A program made the translations under genes and the position numbers. A stretch of DNA of 64,000 bases from the IMG/VR virus record IMGVR_UViG_3300023174_004273, positions 1-64,000 of that record; one strand, 5' to 3'. Below, in pieces: positions 57,217 through 64,000 of this stretch (positions are counted from its first letter, which is position 1; every line of letters begins with the position of its first letter). Below the pieces are notes generated by a model, which worked only from the letters and a program-made list of their open reading frames with translations, had not been told where the DNA came from and ran no database searches. Origin of the DNA: a virus.

Positions 57217-57974
57217 TGTCGTTCTATGTCACTTTCCTCGCATCGATCTCCGTACTGTATTTCTATTACTTTCAAAGGCACAGTGCTTTCATTGGCCAGT
57301 TGATGCCACTCTCGACGGTTGATCACGATCATTTGATTCTGCGTATAGCGACCATGCAGTTCTGCGTCTGATTTTCTATTGATAGTGTATAACGTAGCTT
57401 CGCCTTCGCTGACGAACCATAGTTCTCCTCTATCCTCGTGGCGTTGCATGCTCAGAGTTTTACCAGGATCCACTGTGAGTTCTTTGAGTTTGACTTTTGA
57501 GTTTGGTTCATATAGCACTCGATAGTATCCCCATGGTCTTTCTGTTTTTGGTGCTCGCCATTCTTCTAATATCCAAGAACTAGAATTTTTCTTATCCTCA
57601 CCACCCACGCCAAACACAAACTCACAGCGTGGATCGTCTACATCCATCTCAGGAATGTTTTTGGCGGTTCTGTCACCACCGTTGGCAAAGATCAGTTCGG
57701 CATCGGGGTAGTGTGCTCGGACCTGACGTATAAAGGCCTTGGCTGATCCATCTGAATCATCAAAAGTATACACTTCATCTACCATGATCAGGTTATTGAT
57801 CACTGCCAAACGTTCGTTCCAGGGCATGAAGGCTCGACCTTTTTTATGAGTCAACCATTCATCACTGTTGAGCCCCACAATCAACATGTCTCCCAAGGTT
57901 CGGGCGGCTTTAAAATAAGCAATATGCCCAGAGTGTACAGGGTCGAACCCCCCAGTTACCATAACTATTTTCAT
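57213..57974 (-). CDS. Cytidylyltransferase fused to mannose-6-phosphate-isomerase-type cupin
   Basis: GGFDPVHSGH, ANGGDR, SSS; then RPWG.Y, SMQRH, IEIQ.G....E.DIER. Confidence 0.85.
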   Translation of the reverse strand: MKIVMVTGGFDPVHSGHIAYFKAARTLGDMLIVGLNSDEWLTHKKGRAFMPWNERLAVINNLIMVDEVYTFDDSDGSAKAFIRQVRAHYPDAELIFANGGDRTAKNIPEMDVDDPRCEFVFGVGGEDKKNSSSWILEEWRAPKTERPWGYYRVLYEPNSKVKLKELTVDPGKTLSMQRHEDRGELWFVSEGEATLYTINRKSDAELHGRYTQNQMIVINRREWHQLANESTVPLKVIEIQYGDRCEESDIERQ

Positions 57975-57981
57975 ATAAATC

Positions 57982-58578
57982 TCACAAATCTAAAGGTGTC
58001 AGTTTTTCTTTTGTAATACGACCGTCCTCTGCCCACTTCCAATAAATTTTTTTAGAAGTCCAATCGGCACTAGATTGTAAAGTTTCTAACCACCATTGTC
58101 TAGATTTAATAGTTACCTGTTTAGGACTGCCGTCAGGATACTTTTTGTTTGAACGTTCAATGTCACTTTGAACTACAAAAAAAACTGCCTGTCCGCATCT
58201 TTTATGAATTTGTTGAAATACCAATGGTAAATCCAGCGAAGGGATCAAACTCAGTACATCAGTACAGATTACAAGATCAAATGGCTGCTCAGGTGGTAAC
58301 TCACTGAATTCGGCTACTGCAGGATCATAACAAGTCACATTTGACACTCCTAAGTAATCTTTCAACATTGGAGTTTCTTTAAGTGCCATAATTGGAACCC
58401 TCCATTGATGTGCTCTACCACAGCCATAGTCTAATACAGAAGATATGCAACAAGTTTCAGTAATTTGCTTTAGGTATTCATAATAACGTATGGTTCGACC
58501 TCGATGAGATTTACCACCTTGATGCAATAAACGATTTTGAGATATCTTGTCCCAATACTCAGCACTGAAATCCGACAT
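57982..58578 (-). CDS. SAM-dependent methyltransferase
   Basis: LDYGCG, FDLVICTDV; paralogue of 59377-59940. Confidence 0.78.
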   Translation of the reverse strand: MSDFSAEYWDKISQNRLLHQGGKSHRGRTIRYYEYLKQITETCCISSVLDYGCGRAHQWRVPIMALKETPMLKDYLGVSNVTCYDPAVAEFSELPPEQPFDLVICTDVLSLIPSLDLPLVFQQIHKRCGQAVFFVVQSDIERSNKKYPDGSPKQVTIKSRQWWLETLQSSADWTSKKIYWKWAEDGRITKEKLTPLDL

Positions 58579-58582
58579 TATG

Positions 58583-58616
58583 TTTTCACCATTATGACAT
58601 CGTAGTTATGACCATA
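58583..58616. repeat. 34-bp direct repeat, copy 1
   Basis: TTTTCACCATTATGACATCGTAGTTATGACCATA, identical to 59385-59418. Confidence 0.95.
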
Positions 58617-58639
58617 TTCATAGTGTGATATTTATGTAC

Positions 58640-59380
58640 CTATATTATAACCTGTGTGTCTATTAGAAAATCAAATAGTTTTTTATGTGCATTTCTGTTG
58701 GCATGCTTTCCGTCAGGAAAAAAGTAATCTGGGTTGGCATCCCAAAGTTCCTGTCTCCTAAGAGTGTTATCAATCAGGCACTCAATCAATGCAATCACTG
58801 AGTGATCTTGAGTATGAGATTTTAAAAAATCGGCAGCCTTGGAACTGATAGAAAAGTTTTCTTTTTCTACTCTATGGCAATCATTGATGCATAAGTTTGT
58901 AAAACTTTGACAAGCTATAGAAACTCCTGGGTATTCATCACTAAAACGATCTAACCATACTGTGTCTGACGCCCCACCAATCAGATTGATTGTTACTCCA
59001 TGTTTTTTTGCAATGTCTCGAAGCCCATAATAAAATTGACTCATGAATCTCTGATATATTTTGTCATCGATTGGATCTATTAGACTGGTATCAAAATCTA
59101 TGTGATAGGTCGCAGGAGAAAAATCTCTGTACCATTCAGTCTGAAAAACCAAAATATTTTTTACCGGAGAAACAAGGTATCTAGAAATGCCTGAGTCAAA
59201 AAATCTATGTACAGTTTCAAGTGTGTCTTTGTTGCTAGATCCGGCACGACTGAGATTTATCACATCTCGCCCGGATTCTTTGATATACCTTGACAATCCA
59301 GTGTGCAAAACATCATTGGGGCCTGTATACCGTTGGGGCCATTCGCCACAACCCCAACTGTCACCAACTATCAATATCAT
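58640..59380 (-). CDS. SGNH-hydrolase-like protein (inserted cassette)
   Basis: GDSWG, AGSSN, DGKHAN..AH; bracketed by the 34-bp repeats. Confidence 0.6.
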   Translation of the reverse strand: MILIVGDSWGCGEWPQRYTGPNDVLHTGLSRYIKESGRDVINLSRAGSSNKDTLETVHRFFDSGISRYLVSPVKNILVFQTEWYRDFSPATYHIDFDTSLIDPIDDKIYQRFMSQFYYGLRDIAKKHGVTINLIGGASDTVWLDRFSDEYPGVSIACQSFTNLCINDCHRVEKENFSISSKAADFLKSHTQDHSVIALIECLIDNTLRRQELWDANPDYFFPDGKHANRNAHKKLFDFLIDTQVII

Positions 59381-59940
59381 GCTTTTTTCACCATTATGAC
59401 ATCGTAGTTATGACCATACAAGTTAGGGTGCTTGTATCTTTTGTCTACCACTGTTATGTTTTCCCATACAATGTTCACAGACATGTGTGCTAGTATTTGT
59501 TCTCGCCACCATGCAGGTTCTTTAACTATGAGATGACAGTTTCTGCCGTCGGGCAAACTTTTTTTGGCCAAATAACAAGCTATCCTAAAAAACCCACAGC
59601 GTTCCATTCGATCGCTCATTACTTTTAAACTGGATGTCAAGTGTTCAGGTTCTATGTGTTCGATGGCATCAGTGGATATGATAGCATCAAACGCACGGTC
59701 GGGCAAGGTAGAAAAAGCAGGATTTCCAGGATCGTATCCGAACACGTCTATGTTGGGATGGTGTTCTTTGATGGTGGTTATCAATGCACCTTTGCCACAA
59801 CCAAAATCAATGAGGTTCTTTGGCGAGTATTGTTGTATAAAAGGGTCAACTAACTTAAACTGCTTGGCACCATTGTTAAACTTACCACGCTCGTGCATGG
59901 CCTGTATTTGATTTTGATAATCTTGATTGATTATGCTCAT
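59377..59940 (-). CDS. SAM-dependent methyltransferase
   Basis: IDFGCGKG, FDAIISTDAIEH. Confidence 0.82.
   Translation of the reverse strand: MSIINQDYQNQIQAMHERGKFNNGAKQFKLVDPFIQQYSPKNLIDFGCGKGALITTIKEHHPNIDVFGYDPGNPAFSTLPDRAFDAIISTDAIEHIEPEHLTSSLKVMSDRMERCGFFRIACYLAKKSLPDGRNCHLIVKEPAWWREQILAHMSVNIVWENITVVDKRYKHPNLYGHNYDVIMVKKA
59385..59418. repeat. 34-bp direct repeat, copy 2
   Basis: Encodes the C-terminus (YGHNYDVIMVK) of methyltransferase 59377-59940. Confidence 0.95.
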
Positions 59941-60671
59941 AGTCTAAATAGCTTTCGGTCTTGGTGCGCATCAATGTTAACGTATCTGCGAACACAGTTA
60001 GCACCAATGCGCGGTGTGACTCCGTGTAATGTGTCAGCAGTATTCAAAAACAATATCATCGTATTGGCTTGATAAGGCACTGTGCCAGCCAAGGTCACAT
60101 GATCAGGATTCACTTCTCGTATGCCTGTAAACTCAGGTGCGGCAACTATTTTGCGAAACACCTGTATGTCACCTCCAGTGCTGATATCTTCTGACCGACG
60201 CATGTATAAGAGTCCAGCAAACAGTTCTCTGCTGTTGTCAATGTGTATGGTGCGTACCGTGGTTTCTTGTTGGCCGTTCAACACAAACTGCACTTCCATT
60301 TGTACTGTGCCCGGTAGTCCTGCATGTCTTTCAGACACAGCAGAGGTCGCAAGACTGTTTTTTAATTCTGGGTAATATTTGTCTATGGCTGGTTCAAAAA
60401 GATCTAATACTCGATTTTTGTATCCTTGGCTATTGTGGTAGGTCACAAACTCTTGCCATAGCGGTGATATAGTGCCAGGTACAAACTCGTGTTGCCGGTA
60501 TCGGCGAGCTTGGAAATGTGTTTTACCATCTTGCATCATGTGTGATTCAGGATACTCTGCTACCAGCTGATCGTACAAGTTCCAAGGTAAAGCATCTTTG
60601 ATATAAAAATAAGGACAAGGATCTAATATAAGATCATCCTTGGTCACTGATTGTGTTACATCAAGATTCAT
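59937..60671 (-). CDS. 2OG-Fe(II) oxygenase
   Basis: HID, LLY, GGD, LHGV, RRYVN. Confidence 0.78.
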   Translation of the reverse strand: MNLDVTQSVTKDDLILDPCPYFYIKDALPWNLYDQLVAEYPESHMMQDGKTHFQARRYRQHEFVPGTISPLWQEFVTYHNSQGYKNRVLDLFEPAIDKYYPELKNSLATSAVSERHAGLPGTVQMEVQFVLNGQQETTVRTIHIDNSRELFAGLLYMRRSEDISTGGDIQVFRKIVAAPEFTGIREVNPDHVTLAGTVPYQANTMILFLNTADTLHGVTPRIGANCVRRYVNIDAHQDRKLFRL

Positions 60672-61396
60672 TTGTATTTGCCAGCGATTTCATCTGATGA
60701 GATATTCTCTCCGCCATAAAGATGCTGTATAGGAATCTCAAACTTAGCATCACTTATCTTGCGAAACACAGCGGCAACCATTGGATCACTTTCCCAAGAA
60801 TCAAGATCAAGTTTGCTTCGCCATCCTTTGTTGCGACCCAGAGCCGAGACATCTAGTTTGTGGAGATAAACTGCGTCACTGCTTGCTATCCAAAGCTCAC
60901 GAAGCTCATAGCCATTCTGATTGGCCAGGCAAGGAAACAAGTTAGGATTGTAGTTGAAGAATCCGTGATCTACCCAACGATAAAAAGGCAATACATGTAT
61001 CATATACCCACCTGTTTTACAAAGGTCGTGTGCATTTTTAAACACCATGTACTGATTAAAAACATGTTCACCAGTGCCATTGTTTGTAACAAGGTCAAAC
61101 TGTTCGTGAAAGTTGTAGGTCTTGGGAATATCTACGTTGAGATCCATGGCTATGGCATCACGTTCAGTGTTGACATCTATGGCTAGATATCTACTGAATC
61201 CTAGACTACGATAAAAATCTGCGGTACTTGATAGCTCTGCTGGCGGAGCTATACCTAGCTCGGCATAGACTTGATTTCTAGCTTTGGTATTTTTAAGTGT
61301 CTGATTGCCTAGTTCTAATACCGTAGGCTTTGTTCGTTTGACAAAGTCTGGCATCACTGTAGCCACTGCCCGTGTGATTAGATTGCTGTAACCCAT
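60668..61396 (-). CDS. SAM-dependent methyltransferase-like
   Basis: LELG, IDVN, FDLV.N.GTGEH, GG. Confidence 0.72.
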   Translation of the reverse strand: MGYSNLITRAVATVMPDFVKRTKPTVLELGNQTLKNTKARNQVYAELGIAPPAELSSTADFYRSLGFSRYLAIDVNTERDAIAMDLNVDIPKTYNFHEQFDLVTNNGTGEHVFNQYMVFKNAHDLCKTGGYMIHVLPFYRWVDHGFFNYNPNLFPCLANQNGYELRELWIASSDAVYLHKLDVSALGRNKGWRSKLDLDSWESDPMVAAVFRKISDAKFEIPIQHLYGGENISSDEIAGKYK

Positions 61397-61438
61397 GCTT
61401 CCTCCTGTGGGTTATTTATCTGGGTATATTATTGCCAA

Positions 61439-62194
61439 CTATTGTTGACCAAACCAGGTAAGACTTTTATCAAGCCAAGGTAACAATAAATCTTGTTGGC
61501 GCACACGACCAAAACGATTGATACTTTCTACGGCACTGGAAGGTAATACTCCAGCTTCGGCCAATGTATACCAAGAAGTCTGTTTGGGATCTCGTGGCGG
61601 TTGGCTGCCACGGTACACTATGGCCCGTAACCAAGGGTCATTGGGGCGTTTTGAAAAAAATCCCGAACTGCAATCCCACCCATTGACAGCCAGCATGTGT
61701 ATGAGGCTGACTAAAGTATGATTGTAGTAACAACCCGATGGTTGGTCAAATGCCAACCGATTGAATTCAACATTGGTAGTCTGTGGCACGATCAGAACCA
61801 ACATACCACCGTCGGCCGCCAGGTGCCACCAGTTGCCCAGTGTTTTCAGTGGATTGATCATGTATTGGAAGGTATCATGACACCACAAAACATCATAGGA
61901 TTTTTTGACCTGGGCGATCGTTTCAAGATCAACCTGTTGGTATGATGCTACTTCTTTGGCTTCTCTTGACAAGCTGTCAACGAGATCCATGCCCGTGCAT
62001 TGTATCTTCAACGGCAACGGTTCGTCGTCTCTGGTGGTGCGTGTGGCCCACCATTGTAGATCCAGTGCTTCAGATCCACAGCCAAGGTCCACTACACGAC
62101 CTATGCTTTCCATAAAATCGTCGTGCTCGTATAACTCATTCAGCGTTTCAAGACTGTGCTGATGACTTTCTTGTGCGTTTTTAAAATATGCCAT
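61439..62194 (-). CDS. SAM-dependent methyltransferase
   Basis: VDLGCG, YDVLW, GGML. Confidence 0.75.
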   Translation of the reverse strand: MAYFKNAQESHQHSLETLNELYEHDDFMESIGRVVDLGCGSEALDLQWWATRTTRDDEPLPLKIQCTGMDLVDSLSREAKEVASYQQVDLETIAQVKKSYDVLWCHDTFQYMINPLKTLGNWWHLAADGGMLVLIVPQTTNVEFNRLAFDQPSGCYYNHTLVSLIHMLAVNGWDCSSGFFSKRPNDPWLRAIVYRGSQPPRDPKQTSWYTLAEAGVLPSSAVESINRFGRVRQQDLLLPWLDKSLTWFGQQ

Positions 62195-63245
62195 TGATTA
62201 GTCCGTCTAGAGCTTGTGTGTGTTTTTCAAGTGCAGTGGTATGTATGTGTTTGACCAGGTCAGCATTTTTTTCAAGTCTTGCCCAGTGTTGTTTTCGCAA
62301 TGACAACAAGTTGTCTTGTTTGCAAACACGAGCCACCAGCTGGACTACTTGAGTCATTCTCACCCAAGGATCCTGTGTTTGATCATAGGCATGATCGTCA
62401 AACACATCGTCAAACACATCAAACCCCATGTTTCTGACTTCAGTGACCAGACCAGGAACAGCGTACCAGACAGGAAACTGATGCCAAGCAAAGGCCTTGA
62501 ACGTTTTTTCTGTGATAAAAATACTGCGCCAGGTGTTGGAATCAATCTGGCTGGAACTTTCAGGAATGAGATTTACCGGGGCTCGATAAAACAAATCATG
62601 ATCTATGCGATGTTGGAATACATGATCGGCCATGGGGCGATCCACGATCATTGGATAAGGATGTGGATAAATCAGTTGTTTGATTTCATCTCTGGGATCC
62701 ACGCCATTGGTCCCAAATGTCATTATGATGTCGTTTGGGTTGATTTTTGAAAACAATCTTTTGGCAAGATTTCCTCTGCTGACACTGGGCCTCCTCATGA
62801 GACACACCAGTCGATGTGTCATGGGCACAGTTGTCCAGTCTATGTGATAGTGCTCTAGATGCATGTACCAGTTGCCGTTGTAGATTAATCTGTCAGGCAA
62901 ACAAATCGCTGGATATGGCAAAGTGTCTACATTTTCCACACAACTAAACACCACGCGGATGTTCTTAGGAGGCACATCACACTTGTATACCAAATATTTG
63001 TAAAAGTTATAAAAATCTTCTGCAGAGATTCCTTCGGGTTTGAGATCAAATACCCAGATAAAATTTTTTAAATCTGCCCAAGAAATATTATTGGCTCTTA
63101 AATCATGCTCGAATGTATTCGCTACACTACCATCTCTAAGGCTGTCTGCTGGTATCTCTTTCCAGATGGCATATCGAACTATGCCACCTTCTCGTGATAG
63201 CCTGTCAAGAAACTGGACTCCGGGCAACAAAACTTCTGCGGTCAT
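62181..63245 (-). CDS. Hypothetical 'TEK'-family protein
   Basis: PESS..FITEKTFK..FP..GFDVFDD; start MTAE overlaps uvsY stop. Confidence 0.55.
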   Translation of the reverse strand: MTAEVLLPGVQFLDRLSREGGIVRYAIWKEIPADSLRDGSVANTFEHDLRANNISWADLKNFIWVFDLKPEGISAEDFYNFYKYLVYKCDVPPKNIRVVFSCVENVDTLPYPAICLPDRLIYNGNWYMHLEHYHIDWTTVPMTHRLVCLMRRPSVSRGNLAKRLFSKINPNDIIMTFGTNGVDPRDEIKQLIYPHPYPMIVDRPMADHVFQHRIDHDLFYRAPVNLIPESSSQIDSNTWRSIFITEKTFKAFAWHQFPVWYAVPGLVTEVRNMGFDVFDDVFDDHAYDQTQDPWVRMTQVVQLVARVCKQDNLLSLRKQHWARLEKNADLVKHIHTTALEKHTQALDGLINGIF

Positions 63246-63694
63246 ACTTGTATATCTTCCATGCCTGCTGTACGCAATCGAACGATATGACCCATTTGCC
63301 ATTGTTTGGTGTCTAGGCCTTTCATGATGCCTAGCCAACGATTGCGCAACAGTGCTACTTCGTTGATGATAGTTTCAAAATCTATGACTTCATCTTCGCC
63401 ATCTACATACTTCTCAGCATCTCTACTGGTCAACGCACGGGCATAGGCTTCTAAATACTTTTGGAAATGTCTACGGCGGATCTTGCGAAGTTGTATGTTG
63501 AGATAGTTTAACACGGCTTCTATCTCTTGTAGTTGATTGAACCGATGTTCTGTGATACCCGGTAGTTCTTTGATGTTTCGTTCAATCATTCCGCCCACCC
63601 GACATTCCTTTTTGGCCTCCTCAAGCTCTCGCTCATAGTGCTGTATAAAGTCAGGTATGTTGGCAAGGCTAGCTGTTACTTTACTATACCACAT
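63242..63694 (-). CDS. uvsY: Recombination mediator UvsY-like
   Basis: Helical protein ending KQWQMGHIVRLRTAG; D..KYVDG. Confidence 0.72.
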   Translation of the reverse strand: MWYSKVTASLANIPDFIQHYERELEEAKKECRVGGMIERNIKELPGITEHRFNQLQEIEAVLNYLNIQLRKIRRRHFQKYLEAYARALTSRDAEKYVDGEDEVIDFETIINEVALLRNRWLGIMKGLDTKQWQMGHIVRLRTAGMEDIQV

Positions 63695-64000
63695 TGCCCA
63701 ACTCTTTTTCTATCCAAGAAAAACTTTGTCTCCAATCAGTGCCTCGTCGTTGATCAACTTGATCAAGGTATTCAATCAACTCCATTTGTTTTGCTTTGTT
63801 GTCACACTTAACTGATTTAACTTTTTTTATGATCCCTAAAAGAACAGATTGTGTTTGTTTTTGGTCCCAAGAATCACCTGATAGTTGATTATACAATATG
63901 CCTAACTGTTTCACAAGAAGATCTGATCCAAAAATTGAAGGACTAAAAATACTATCTTCAGGCAAGACCAAGTGCATATACCAAAAAATCTCTTGTTTGG
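63684..64000 (-). CDS. C-terminal part of a probable radical SAM protein (truncated by window)
   Basis: Frame open to window edge; YLDQVDQRRGTDW..F tail like that of 47601-48848. Confidence 0.45.
   Translation of the reverse strand, partial: KQEIFWYMHLVLPEDSIFSPSIFGSDLLVKQLGILYNQLSGDSWDQKQTQSVLLGIIKKVKSVKCDNKAKQMELIEYLDQVDQRRGTDWRQSFSWIEKELGNVV

Noticed and set aside
63246-63338. N-terminal extension of ORF 62181-63338
   Set aside because: Overlaps uvsY; the ATGA-coupled start at 63245 is more plausible.
1-64000. tRNA/rRNA genes, integrase or transposase, alternative genetic code
   Set aside because: No cloverleaf or recombinase/transposase motif was recognised by eye (tRNAscan not run); ORFs tile densely under the standard code.

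Overview
This 64-kb window looks like part of a large T4-like (Tevenvirinae/Kyanoviridae-style) dsDNA phage genome. Genes are densely packed and mostly on the minus strand. Replication genes include a gp41-like helicase, gp61-like primase, gp62-like clamp-loader subunit, UvsW, UvsY, ATP-dependent ligase, class Ia NrdAB with glutaredoxin, and two unusual DnaE-family proteins. Virion-type genes include PAAR, a beta-helix protein and a cluster of probable head proteins. Host-derived genes are rpsU/bS21, clpX, clpS, hsp20, iscU, iscA, a TerC-family transporter and a SleB-like hydrolase; the bS21 tail hints at a betaproteobacterial host. There is also a large sugar-modification toolkit: glycosyltransferases, an NDP-sugar dehydrogenase, methyltransferases, 2OG oxygenases, two amidinotransferases, SGNH-like paralogues and radical-SAM paralogues. 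The strongest non-coding signals are: (i) a complete yybP-ykoY-type Mn riboswitch with a start-codon-sequestering hairpin ahead of terC; (ii) a 3'-UTR hairpin after an AAA ATPase whose loop is antisense to the ATPase's own ribosome-binding site and to the RBS of a distant operon; (iii) a ROSE-like thermometer on hsp20; (iv) a 34-bp direct repeat bracketing an inserted gene; (v) distinct sigma70-type and TAAATA (T4-late-like) promoter classes. All assignments come from motif recognition by eye; no database searches were run.
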